In this document: piece by piece, positions 17,936 to 27,220 of the stretch
Layout of the letters: the number at the start of each line of letters is the position of its first letter
Position numbering within the stretch: the stretch's first letter is position 1
Assembly (NCBI GenBank): GCA_965247115.1
Contig: CBDFGR010000003.1
Span: 1,952,001 to 2,016,000, forward strand
From: Myxococcota bacterium
Lineage (GTDB): Bacteria; Myxococcota_A; UBA9160; SZUA-336
Direction: 5' to 3'
Length of the DNA stretch: 64,000 nucleotides
Position numbers and translations under genes: made by a program
Notes under the pieces: model-generated
The model's input: only the letters and a program-made list of their open reading frames with translations
What the model was told of the DNA's origin: nothing
The model's database searches: none

Positions 17936-18532
17936 CTACGGGATGAGGCCCCGCTTCTGCAGGTCCTCGTTGGCAGCCTTCGCGATGCCATCGATCACCT
18001 CGTCCGCGCTCTCGGGGTTGACCGTACTACTCACCACCGCCCAGAGGAGCTGACCCCCGGCTACGTCGTAGAGGCTCGTCTCCACGATCACGTGGGTGTC
18101 CGTGCGGTAGTGACCGGGCTCCTGGACGACAGTGCGGCCCCAGTAGCCGTAGTAGCCGCCGGGGACGGTGTGGGTCATACCGGGCACGTACTTCGTCTTG
18201 TCTTCGACGCGGACGAGACTCAGGGTGATGGCGCCGTCGATCCCGTGCCGCTCGAGGACAGCGCGCAAACGTTTGACGTCCGCCCGGTCCGCTTGACTCA
18301 CCAGGGTGTAGGCCGGCGTCACCTTCGTTCTGGTTGCCGAGCCCGCGATCGCATCCTCGACAATTCGTTGCCGCAGCTCGTCCGGCAGCGCCGCGATCGC
18401 AATGACGTGTTTGAACGCGAGGTCCGATGCCACGAGACCCGGGGCGGTCCAGCTATCGACGATCTTGGTCGTCGAGCAGCCGACGAGCAGAGAGAGGCAG
18501 ACCAGCGTGAGAAGCGGTTCCGGAATGCGCAT
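17936..18532 (-). CDS. Hypothetical lipoprotein (DUF4136-like)
   Basis: LLVGC lipobox, GYYGYWG and VETSLYDV..GQLLW. Confidence 0.7.
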   Translation of the reverse strand: MRIPEPLLTLVCLSLLVGCSTTKIVDSWTAPGLVASDLAFKHVIAIAALPDELRQRIVEDAIAGSATRTKVTPAYTLVSQADRADVKRLRAVLERHGIDGAITLSLVRVEDKTKYVPGMTHTVPGGYYGYWGRTVVQEPGHYRTDTHVIVETSLYDVAGGQLLWAVVSSTVNPESADEVIDGIAKAANEDLQKRGLIP

Positions 18533-18559
18533 CGAAGATCCTCCTGGACGCGTAGTGTA

Positions 18560-18970
18560 CTAGCCGTTCAGCTCTACCGTAGCATGGCCCGGCGAAGTGA
18601 CCTCTCCGGCTTCGTTCTTTACGAAGATCTCTACCGTGACACGACAGTTGTCGGCATCGATCTCGGTGACGACACCACCGGTCGTCAGCGTTTCGCCCAG
18701 ATACGCCGCGCGCCGGTTGCTGTAGTCGAACCCGACCAGCCGCCCATCTTCGCCTACCCAGTTGATCACACACTGCGACAGCCAGTCTCCCTGCAGCGGC
18801 CCGTCGATGACGATGCCTGGGTATTTCTCCACCTCGATGGTGTAACGCTCGTCGTAATGGATCCGCTGTGCGTTCCAGACCGCCGCGTTGTACATGAACA
18901 GCGACATGTTGGTCGCGGTGAAGTCTCGGCTCGGAAGCGAGTCTCCGACGCTCAGCTGGGACATCTTCAT
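18560..18970 (-). CDS. MaoC-like hot-dog dehydratase subunit
   Basis: NAQRIHYD...GIVIDGPL hydratase motif. Confidence 0.85.
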   Translation of the reverse strand: MKMSQLSVGDSLPSRDFTATNMSLFMYNAAVWNAQRIHYDERYTIEVEKYPGIVIDGPLQGDWLSQCVINWVGEDGRLVGFDYSNRRAAYLGETLTTGGVVTEIDADNCRVTVEIFVKNEAGEVTSPGHATVELNG

Positions 18971-18974
18971 CGGT

Positions 18975-19433
18975 TTACCTCGCAATCATCGTTCGAATCT
19001 CATCGAGCACCGGCTCGCCGTCGGCGGTCTTCACCTCCAGCGTGCGCTCGGTGAAGATCAGCGGTCCGGTCGCTCCTTGCTTCTCGAGCAGATTGGTGAT
19101 GCGCTGCGTCCCGATCAAGCGGTCACCGGGCCTGATCGACCGATGCAGCCGCAGCTTGGTGCCGCCAGCCATCACGCGCTTCAGCGGCAGCTTGGGGCCA
19201 GCGCCATCTCGCGCAAGCCCGTCGGGACGCATGTTCGCCATTTGCTGCAGCCGCCCGAACAGGTTGAAGATAAACATCGGTGGGGCCTCGTCGCCGATCA
19301 CGTACTTTTGCTGCACCTGCTCGGTTGCGATCGCGTATTTGACGATATCTCGACGGCTGATCTCGACCTCGACCGGAGGCTCGGGCTTACCGATCCAAGA
19401 TAGATGCTCGTCGGTCAGCAATGAAGGCATCAT
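18975..19433 (-). CDS. MaoC/FAS1-like dehydratase N-terminal-type subunit
   Basis: IVKYAIAT, APPMF, MAGG..RPGDRL and EKQGATGPLIF. Adjacent to a MaoC partner, as in HadAB-like heterodimers. Confidence 0.82.
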   Translation of the reverse strand: MMPSLLTDEHLSWIGKPEPPVEVEISRRDIVKYAIATEQVQQKYVIGDEAPPMFIFNLFGRLQQMANMRPDGLARDGAGPKLPLKRVMAGGTKLRLHRSIRPGDRLIGTQRITNLLEKQGATGPLIFTERTLEVKTADGEPVLDEIRTMIAR

Positions 19434-19536
19434 GCGACTCCGTTCGCGATTGTGTTGGCACTCGCAGCGCGCACCCAGCTAGCGGCTTTCGCCCTCAGTT
19501 GGGGACTGGCCGTCGTCGCAACTCCCGGCACCGGCG

Positions 19537-20367
19537 TCAGGCGTAAATATTGTCTCCGACGCCCATCATGCGGGAGACCCCCTCGTTCTCCTGGGGGACC
19601 GATGGGCCGTCCCGGTCCGTCGGGTAAGGGTGCCACAGACCGAGCACGTCGTTGAGCTCGGGGTACTTCGCAACCGCCTTGGCGTTGTCGCCAACGGTTA
19701 CCGTCTCGGACCAGATGGCGAGCGAGCCGGCACGGCCTACGAGCGGCACCGGCTGAACCGGGGCGTTCTCTTCCCACCAGTTCGCCTCGTCGGTTCGAGG
19801 TATGCGCCCGAACCGGTGGCTACCCGGGACGAGAACGGTCGGACCGTCCTCCTGGTCGGTGTAGTCGGTGAGCAGCCATGAGATGTTCACGAGCTGCGCC
19901 CATTCGGGGAGTGGGGAGGGCACACCGTGCGTGTCGGTATGCAGACGCATGTAGCCGTCCGGATTGAGTCGATCGGGCGTGCCGATGGTCTTGATGATCG
20001 CCGGTGTGCCCTGCAGCACCGCACTGCGGCCGCACATGAATCGCGCCACGCACAGGCCGACGGGGTGGAGTGCGGCCTCGATGAACGCCTCGTCCTCGAA
20101 CAGCCAGCATCACGCCTTCCGTCCCCCCCAGGGATGGGAGTGGATCTGCCAATCGTCAGGGACAGTCAGGTCATGCCGCTCGGCCATGACCCTCAGGATG
20201 GCGTCGCGAATCCTCTCGATCAGATCGGGACTGCCAACCTTTTCGGGGGGGATGAGGGTCACCCCATAGGCGTGCAGCTCCAGCAGATGCCTCTCGATGC
20301 CGAGCCGTCGAGCCTCCAGGCGAATCGCATCGGTGTCGGCCACGTTGTCGAGTGCTGGAATATCCAT
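19537..20367 (-). pseudogene. Phytanoyl-CoA dioxygenase (PhyH) family pseudogene
   Basis: ORFs 20110-20367 and 19537-20049 are in frame, separated by TGA at 20110-20112 where the neighbouring paralogue has Trp. The WHG iron-ligand segment is also deleted near 19710. Confidence 0.85.
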
Positions 20368-20380
20368 CGTCAGCTCCTAG

Positions 20381-21655
20381 CAGGCTGCGGAGAAAGTGAC
20401 TGGTTGAGGGGTGGTCCTTCCGACGAGGGGGTTCACCGGCCGAGGGGCGGGGCGCGATTCCCGGTTCGAACCGGTCTTGGGCTCCGCTGATCGCGGGGCG
20501 GTTTCGCACATGACCTACGTGGCCTCCAGCAGCTTGCGGATCCGGATCAGGTTGTAGGCTGCGGCCGTGAAGGTGAAGACCCAGCCGACCCGATCCGTGC
20601 CGCGGTGTCGGGTCTTGCGCATCAGCCCCACGGTCTTCATCCAGCCGAAGACCTCTTCCACCCGTTTGCGAAAACGCTGACTCAGTTCGTAGCCCCGGTG
20701 GCGCGTCGTCCGCCCGTCGATCGCGCTGCGTCGATTCGTCGTGTTCTGCGCCACGTGTGGGGTCACGCCCAACTCTCGAAGCTCTTCCACGAACCCCTTC
20801 GTGTCGAAGCCCTTGTCTCCGCCCAATGTCCTCCGACGCCCGCCTCCCAGACCTTCCACCATCTCGAGCGCCGCTTCGCGCTCCGCATATCCCGACGCCT
20901 GCGTGAGCTTCGCCGCGACCACCAAGCCGTTCCGGTTCTCCGTCACCACGTGTCCCTGGTACGCGAGTCGGGCGCCTTGGCCTCTCATACCGGCGAGTCG
21001 TGCGTCGGGATCCGTCGTCGACGCATGCGTCTGGTTGCTCCGCTTCTCGCCTCGGAAGTTCACCGTCGGGTTGCCCGGGTCATCGTCGTCTCTCCGTTCC
21101 TCGTCCTTCCGTACGAAGCTCTTCTGGCTCGCCCACGCCTCGATCAGCGTCCCGTCTACCGTGAAGTGCTCCAACGACACCCATCCCTCGGTCTCGGCCT
21201 GCTCCAGCACTGCGTCGAAGAAGTGCTCGGCAATCTCGCCCTTGAGCAGCCGGTCTCGGTTCTTCGTGAACACCGTGGCGCTGAACACCACCTCGTCAAG
21301 CTCCAGACCCACGAACCAGCGATACAGCAGGTTGTACTCCAGCTGCTCCACCAGCTGCCGCTCGCTCCGGATGGTGTAGAGCACCTGCAGCAGCAGGGCG
21401 CGCAGCAGCTGCTCCGGGGGCACGGACGGGCGCCCTACGCCTCTGGCGTAGATCGCGTCGAAGCGCGGCGATAGCCGCTGCAGCGCCGTGTCGACCATGC
21501 GCCGCATCGCTCGAAGCGGATGATCATCCGGAATCCGCGACTCCAGCGACACGTAGCTGAACATCCCGCCCTGAAGCGTCCCCTGTCCTCTCACGCCTCC
21601 CCCTTTGGGGCTCGCTCCCAAGGTACCCTTCGATGAGGAGTTTTTCAGCAGCCTG
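20381..21655 (-). mobile_element. Complete IS5-family insertion sequence (1275 bp)
   Basis: Imperfect terminal inverted repeats CAGGCTGCGGAGAAA (20381) and CAGGCTGCTGAAAAA (reverse strand, 21655). Flanked by a duplicated CTAG at 20377-20380 and 21656-21659. Confidence 0.92.
20515..21594 (-). CDS. IS5-family DDE transposase
   Basis: MFSYVSLE.RIP.DHPLR, GRPSVPPE, VDGTLIEA, GGDKGFD and RKRVEEVFGWMK motifs. GTG start with GGAGG RBS. Confidence 0.95.
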   Translation of the reverse strand: MRGQGTLQGGMFSYVSLESRIPDDHPLRAMRRMVDTALQRLSPRFDAIYARGVGRPSVPPEQLLRALLLQVLYTIRSERQLVEQLEYNLLYRWFVGLELDEVVFSATVFTKNRDRLLKGEIAEHFFDAVLEQAETEGWVSLEHFTVDGTLIEAWASQKSFVRKDEERRDDDDPGNPTVNFRGEKRSNQTHASTTDPDARLAGMRGQGARLAYQGHVVTENRNGLVVAAKLTQASGYAEREAALEMVEGLGGGRRRTLGGDKGFDTKGFVEELRELGVTPHVAQNTTNRRSAIDGRTTRHRGYELSQRFRKRVEEVFGWMKTVGLMRKTRHRGTDRVGWVFTFTAAAYNLIRIRKLLEAT

Positions 21656-22543
21656 CTAGGCGTACTGGTCGAGGCCGGCCTCGATGGTCGGCTGCATGTG
21701 CTCGGGGTGGGCGACCTCCTCCTGGAAGGGGTAGAGCCGCTCGTATCCAAGGAGTCTGGGGAGGTCAGGCCAGCGCTCGAGCTGCTCCGGCGAGATTGGC
21801 TTGCGGCGCTCAACCGGGCGCATGAACACCCGCTGCCACACGTGCACCAGCGTGATCCGCATGCCTGGCTTCGTCCGGCGCCTTGACCCGTGCCACATTG
21901 CCCCGTTCCACACCGCCAGCGACCCGGCCGGGCCCTGCAGGGAGACGGGTTTGATGTGATCGTGACTGTTGACGTGAGCCTGAGACTCGTCCGGGCGGGG
22001 CATTCGGCCCCGGTGACTGCCGGGTACGAGCAATGTCGGCCCATCCTCGGTGCAGAGGTAGTCCGTAAGCAGCCATGAAAGGTTGGCGTAGGTGGCGAAG
22101 CTCGGCCACGGCGGCGGGACCCCGTGGCTGTCGCTGTGCAGGGGCAGGTCGAACTCCTGCTGCCTGGTCTTGAGGATCACGGCCGCGCCGGCGATGAAGC
22201 CGCTCTGGCCCGTGAGAAACTGGCCGATGGTCTGGAACACCGGATTGTGGATGGCCTCGAGGAACGCGTCGTCCTCGAGCATCCATCCCCAGGACTGGAA
22301 CCGCCCGAGCTTCCCCTCGTGGGTCTGCCAGTCGCCGATCTGCTTTCCGCTGCGCCTCTCGTACACTTGGAGGATGGCGGTCCGGAGCCTCTTGGTCAGC
22401 TCGGGCGGCGCCAGCTTCTCAGGAGGCACGACCGTGAACCCGTACATCACGAGATCCAACAGGTTCTCCTCGATGTCGTACTTCCGAGCTCGCTGCATGA
22501 TGTCATCGAGCTCGCGATTGGTGCCGCGCGATGGGAAATCCAC
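21656..22543 (-). CDS. Phytanoyl-CoA dioxygenase (PhyH) family Fe(II)/2OG oxygenase
   Basis: LHSD...DGPTLLVPGSHR...WHG...R facial triad. GTG start with AAGGAGG RBS. Confidence 0.9.
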   Translation of the reverse strand: MDFPSRGTNRELDDIMQRARKYDIEENLLDLVMYGFTVVPPEKLAPPELTKRLRTAILQVYERRSGKQIGDWQTHEGKLGRFQSWGWMLEDDAFLEAIHNPVFQTIGQFLTGQSGFIAGAAVILKTRQQEFDLPLHSDSHGVPPPWPSFATYANLSWLLTDYLCTEDGPTLLVPGSHRGRMPRPDESQAHVNSHDHIKPVSLQGPAGSLAVWNGAMWHGSRRRTKPGMRITLVHVWQRVFMRPVERRKPISPEQLERWPDLPRLLGYERLYPFQEEVAHPEHMQPTIEAGLDQYA

Positions 22544-22578
22544 GTCTTCCCCTCCTTTACCCGCAATATGCGGGAACC

Positions 22579-24273
22579 TCAGCGCTTGAGCCCGCCGGCC
22601 ACGCCCATCCGGCGCGGGTCTGCGGTCGCCCCGAGCTTGCCCGTGCTCTCGTCGCGCCAGCACAGCTGGAACGAGCCCATGTGGAAGTCGTACACGGGGG
22701 TCACGCGCAGGCCGACGCCGAGCCGCGCCAGAGCAGCTTGGGCCTCGTCGCTGACGCGGTCCTCCATGTTGAAGGAGTTGCCCTCGTCCATCGGGCCCAT
22801 GCGCGGAGCGTCCACCGCCGGGTAGGGGTCCATCTCGAAGTCGAGCAGATTCGTGAGGACCTGCGGCACGGTGAAGGCCACGTTGCCCGGTGAGCCAAGC
22901 GAGTATACGGGAGCGCCATCTCTGAGCACCATGGTGTTGCCAATGGTGCTGCGCAGGCGGAACCCTTTCCGGATCTTGGCGTCGATCGGACTCGAGTTCG
23001 AGCCGAAGGTGGCGTGCGAGCCTACCATCGGTACGCCTCCGACGACCATGCCGGGAATGCCACCCGATTGGAGCGTGTTCATCATCTGCACCCAGTTTCC
23101 CTCTCGATCGACGACGGCGAGCTCGCAGCTCCCGGCGGGCTGATGCTGGCGGCTGCTTCCGCCGGTCGGCTTGCCCGCGTGCACGAAGCCGAAGCCAGGA
23201 TCACCCGGCCCCTTGGTAAGCGCGGTGTGCTGCGTAAGGTCGACCTTTGGTCGAGAGCCCGAGATCAGCCCGGCCAGCATGCGGTGGTACGCGTCGTCGA
23301 GCAGCACGTCTAGCGGAACGCCCTGCCCCTTCGGGTCGTTCGCGTACTCGTAGTGCTGCTGACCCTTGCGCAGCGCGTGCGCCATCGCGTAGAGCGCGTC
23401 CCCCGAGCCCGGCTCCATCTCGCGCACTCCGAGGTGCCTCAGGATACCGAGCACGATCGCGCAGAAGATGCCCTGGAGCTCGGGCGGCCCGAGGCTCGCC
23501 ACTTCGTGCTCGTGGTGCGGGAAGCAGACCGGGTCGACCCAGCGCGGCGGTGTCTCGGTCATGTGCTTCTTCTTGATCTTCCAGCCCATCTCGTTGGCCT
23601 TGCGGATGAACTGCTCCGCCCAGCCGCCGGTGATCATGTAGTCGGGGCCTTCTTTCGCGACGCCTTTTAGTGTCGCAGCCATCTCCACGCTACCGAAGCG
23701 CTCGCCGACGTTCGCGAAGTAGCCAGCCGGCATGTAGAAGGCGCGTCCCTCTGGCAAGTACGTGATGAAATCCTGCGCCCACACGTTCACGCCGTACTCG
23801 AACGAAGAGACGGGGTGTCCCTCCTCGGCCCAGTCGATGGCGTCCTCGCAGAGGCGCGCCCACTTCAGGCTGCCGAAGCGCTCGTAGATGGCCTTGAGAC
23901 CCGGCATGAAGCCGGGGATGCACGATGACGGTGGACTGACGGCGTAGCCGACCGACATGCGCGGGACGGGCTTGTGCGGGCGGAGCCCGGCCGGGAAGGT
24001 GCCGCTCGACTCGAGCTGGTGGAGCTGGCCGGTTGCCGCCTCGTAGTAGAGGAACGTGACCGTACCCGTATGGTTGGTCATGAAGGGCTCGACGGCCGCC
24101 TGCACCATGCACCCCGCGATGGCCGCGTCGGCGGCGTTCCCATCCTCCTTCAGGACCTCCTCGATCGTCTCCGTGACGATCGCGTTGTCCGTGCTGACGG
24201 CGGCGCGGAGGCCGGTCAACGGCTCCTTGGATCCGGGATTCCGCACGTAACGAGAGACGGGCTTTCGAGCCAT
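22579..24273 (-). CDS. Gamma-glutamyltransferase family (Ntn-hydrolase) protein with an atypical nucleophile
   Basis: GNAADAAIA, IPG, SCELAVVDREGN, LGSPG, AVDAPR and ADPRR motifs. Confidence 0.9.
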   Translation of the reverse strand: MARKPVSRYVRNPGSKEPLTGLRAAVSTDNAIVTETIEEVLKEDGNAADAAIAGCMVQAAVEPFMTNHTGTVTFLYYEAATGQLHQLESSGTFPAGLRPHKPVPRMSVGYAVSPPSSCIPGFMPGLKAIYERFGSLKWARLCEDAIDWAEEGHPVSSFEYGVNVWAQDFITYLPEGRAFYMPAGYFANVGERFGSVEMAATLKGVAKEGPDYMITGGWAEQFIRKANEMGWKIKKKHMTETPPRWVDPVCFPHHEHEVASLGPPELQGIFCAIVLGILRHLGVREMEPGSGDALYAMAHALRKGQQHYEYANDPKGQGVPLDVLLDDAYHRMLAGLISGSRPKVDLTQHTALTKGPGDPGFGFVHAGKPTGGSSRQHQPAGSCELAVVDREGNWVQMMNTLQSGGIPGMVVGGVPMVGSHATFGSNSSPIDAKIRKGFRLRSTIGNTMVLRDGAPVYSLGSPGNVAFTVPQVLTNLLDFEMDPYPAVDAPRMGPMDEGNSFNMEDRVSDEAQAALARLGVGLRVTPVYDFHMGSFQLCWRDESTGKLGATADPRRMGVAGGLKR

Positions 24274-24331
24274 TGGGGGAAACCGCGAGCTAATTGGCAG
24301 AGATCTTACCAATATCGCGGGCGGTGTGGTG

Positions 24332-25246
24332 TCACCCGCGGAAGGCGGGCAACACCTCGGTCGCCATGAGACGGTGATTCTCTTGCAGGTGGCTCGACGG
24401 ACACGCCGACGCGAGGATCACGGTGGAGGCGCCTGCGTCAGCATATTCGCGAAGGCGGGCGATGCAATCTTCCGTGCTTCCCGCTAGCGCGTACTTACCG
24501 ACCAGCTTCGAGAAGTCCTGGTTGTACTGAACCGAGAGCTGCTCCGTCGCCATCTCGAGGCCGCGGTCGCGCTCCTCGCTGACCGCAAAGAACAGAAATA
24601 CGCCCGGGGTCACGGGATCGCTGCGGCCGAAGTCCGCCCGGTAGCGGGCAACGGTTTTGATGCTCTCGGCAAGCATCTCGGGCGTGTACATGTAGGGCAG
24701 CCAGCCGTTGGCAAAGCGCGCGGTGCGCTTCATCGCTGCCTCGCGCCTGCCCGCAACCCAGATCGGAGGATGCGGCTTCTGGACCGGTTGCGGGGCCAAC
24801 GTAACGCCGGGGAGTCGCGTGAAGCGCCCATCAAAGTGGACCTTCTCTTCGGTCCACAAACGGGTCAGGACTTCGAGCGCTTCGTCGGTGCGCACGCCGC
24901 GCTCCTTCACGGGGACCCCGCAGGCCTCGAATTCCGGGGCAAACTCACCCCCAACACCTACGCCCAGGTGGAAGCGTCCCCCGGAGACGACGTCGAGAGC
25001 GGTGACCTGTTTGGCAAGCAGTGCCGTCCCGTAGAGAGGAACGAGGGTGATGGTGCTCATCAGCTTGATCCGCTCCGTCGCACCCGCGGCCGCCGCTAGA
25101 GAGATCAGGCCGTTGCCGGTCGGCCCGTGGAAGAAGACGTGCTCTCCGGCCGTGACGAACTGATAGCCGAGGTCCTCGGCTTGCCGTGCTGCCAGTGCGA
25201 CGTCGTCGAGCCGACGCAATGAGAGGCCAAATTCGATCTCGGACAT
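24332..25246 (-). CDS. LLM-class flavin/F420-dependent oxidoreductase
   Basis: AGEH, LAKQVTALDVVSGGRFHLGVGVG and PVQKPHPPIWVAG motifs. Confidence 0.92.
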   Translation of the reverse strand: MSEIEFGLSLRRLDDVALAARQAEDLGYQFVTAGEHVFFHGPTGNGLISLAAAAGATERIKLMSTITLVPLYGTALLAKQVTALDVVSGGRFHLGVGVGGEFAPEFEACGVPVKERGVRTDEALEVLTRLWTEEKVHFDGRFTRLPGVTLAPQPVQKPHPPIWVAGRREAAMKRTARFANGWLPYMYTPEMLAESIKTVARYRADFGRSDPVTPGVFLFFAVSEERDRGLEMATEQLSVQYNQDFSKLVGKYALAGSTEDCIARLREYADAGASTVILASACPSSHLQENHRLMATEVLPAFRG

Positions 25247-25292
25247 GATGAGTTGCCTCCAGCTTCGGGGTATTCCCGTTCAAGACCGTGAG

Positions 25293-26111
25293 CTATTGGC
25301 TCACGTAGATACCGCCGTTTGGTGAGAGAACTTGACCGGTTACGAAGCTCGACTCCTCGCTCGCCAGGTAGACGGCTGCCCAGGCGATGTCGTCGGGTTG
25401 GCCGAGGCGCCGCAGCGGGGTCCCGGCGGCAACATGCGAGAAGATCGCACGGATCGGCTCGGTCCCCTCGGTCTCGACAAAACCAGGAGCGAGCGAGTTT
25501 ACGCGAATATTGCGGCTCGCCAGCTCCTTGGCGAGAGAGCGCGTGAATCCCATGATCGCCGCTTTGGCCGTGCAGTAGTCAATCGCACCGGCCGTTCCGT
25601 TCGAGCCCTGGATCGACCCCATGTTGATGATCACGCCCGAATTCTGAGGACTCATGATGCGCAGTGCTTCTCGGCTGCAGAAGAAGGTTCCATTCACATG
25701 GACGCCTATCATGCGATGCCATGCGGCGTCGCTGAGATTCAGCGTAAAGTCCCAGTGGGTCTTGATCTGCCCATGCTCCTGCATCTCGGCGGCCTGCTTT
25801 CCTGCCGTTTCGAGCATTTCACTCACGTGGGCCTCGCTGTGGAGGTAGAATCCGGCGTTGTTCACCAGGATGTCGAGGCGGCCGTAGCGCTCCGCAACCT
25901 GCGCGAACATGCCCCCGACGCCGGCCGAATCGGATACATCGGCGACGATGGCGTCACCATCGACTTCTTTGGCGGTTGCCTCCGCAGCCTCTCGCCTCTG
26001 GTCGTTGATGATGAGTTGTGCACCTTCGGCGTGAAAACGGCGCGCAATGCCCGCTCCGATGCCCGAACCGGCACCGGTGACCAGGGCGAGTTTTCCGTCG
26101 AGTCGATTCAT
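25293..26111 (-). CDS. Short-chain dehydrogenase/reductase
   Basis: TGAGSGIG, NNAG, YCTAK and NSLAPG motifs. Confidence 0.95.
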   Translation of the reverse strand: MNRLDGKLALVTGAGSGIGAGIARRFHAEGAQLIINDQRREAAEATAKEVDGDAIVADVSDSAGVGGMFAQVAERYGRLDILVNNAGFYLHSEAHVSEMLETAGKQAAEMQEHGQIKTHWDFTLNLSDAAWHRMIGVHVNGTFFCSREALRIMSPQNSGVIINMGSIQGSNGTAGAIDYCTAKAAIMGFTRSLAKELASRNIRVNSLAPGFVETEGTEPIRAIFSHVAAGTPLRRLGQPDDIAWAAVYLASEESSFVTGQVLSPNGGIYVSQ

Positions 26112-26147
26112 GGAGCCTTCCGTTGCACGTCGGCCATCGAGGTGTGT

Positions 26148-27071
26148 CTACGCGGAGAGCTTCAGGGCTTCGGCCAGCTCGTGAAGGCGGTCCGGACTTG
26201 TCAGGAATTGGTAGTGAGTGATCATGCCTGGCGGTGCGGGCATCTTCTCGGGTGAGCCGGGCACGTAGTTGAATAGGAAGCCGTTGAATCCCAGTTCCTG
26301 GTAGGAACCAATCAAGTCGTGCATCGCCTGGATCGACTCGAACGCGGTCCGCTCCGCGAAGCCGCACAAGAGCCAGCGATCGATGGACTCTGGGTCGCGG
26401 CCGGCTTCGCTGACGTACTGGGAAAAGCGATCCGTGAGGGCCCTCGTCTCTTCTAGAGTTCGCACCTGGCCCTCCATAAACTCCATCTCACAAGCCACCC
26501 AGGCGTCCGCGTGCCTCGCGGCAATGCGCACGGACCGGGGTCCATCAGCGGCCACCAACAGGCGCGGTCGGGGTCGCTGCAGCGGCTTTGTACGCATCAG
26601 AGCTTCAGTCACCTCGTAGTACTCACCCTTGTACGTTGTGACCTCCTGTCGAAGCATCTGGTCGACGACCGTCACGAATTCTCCCAGTCGATCCACGCGT
26701 TCGCGCAAGGACCACATCGGTACGCCGGTCATGCTGTGGTCGAAGGGCGAGCCGCCTGCGCCCAGGCCCACGTCCAGCCGTCCGCCGGAGATGTGATCCA
26801 CCGTGAGCGCGTGTTGGGCGATCACGGCTGGGTGCCGGTAGATGGGGCTCGAGATCAGGCTTCCGATGCGGATTCGCTGTGTCGCGTTCGCCAGTGCTGC
26901 GAGCAGTGTCCAACACTCGAGCCAATCCGTTCTCCCAAATGGATTGGCGAAGTGATCGGCCAAGAAAGCGCTGTCGAAGCCCGTCGTTTCCAGGTCCTCG
27001 AAGTGCGCGAGCACATCAGGCCAGCTGTGTTGTTGGAGGAATTGAACTCCGAAATGGGGTCGGGCACTCAA
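26148..27071 (-). CDS. LLM-class flavin-dependent oxidoreductase
   Basis: LADHF, RHPAV..TVDHISGGRLDVGLGAG and PLQRPRP motifs. Confidence 0.92.
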   Translation of the reverse strand: MSARPHFGVQFLQQHSWPDVLAHFEDLETTGFDSAFLADHFANPFGRTDWLECWTLLAALANATQRIRIGSLISSPIYRHPAVIAQHALTVDHISGGRLDVGLGAGGSPFDHSMTGVPMWSLRERVDRLGEFVTVVDQMLRQEVTTYKGEYYEVTEALMRTKPLQRPRPRLLVAADGPRSVRIAARHADAWVACEMEFMEGQVRTLEETRALTDRFSQYVSEAGRDPESIDRWLLCGFAERTAFESIQAMHDLIGSYQELGFNGFLFNYVPGSPEKMPAPPGMITHYQFLTSPDRLHELAEALKLSA

Positions 27072-27220
27072 CGTTTTCTCTCCAGGGTGTTCATTAGCTC
27101 AGGAGGTCGTGCCCAAGACCACGGGGGGGCTCCTCAAGGATGGGCAGTTGTGAGGTCATTGATCGGAGGCACCAAGCGTACATGGAATCCGCGGGTCGTA
27201 GGGGGTGGCGGTCGCAGGCC

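Noticed and set aside
20515..22044. 509-aa transposase with a long N-terminal extension
   Set aside because: The extension crosses the IS boundary into an alternative frame of the PhyH gene. The real start is GTG 21594 with an RBS.
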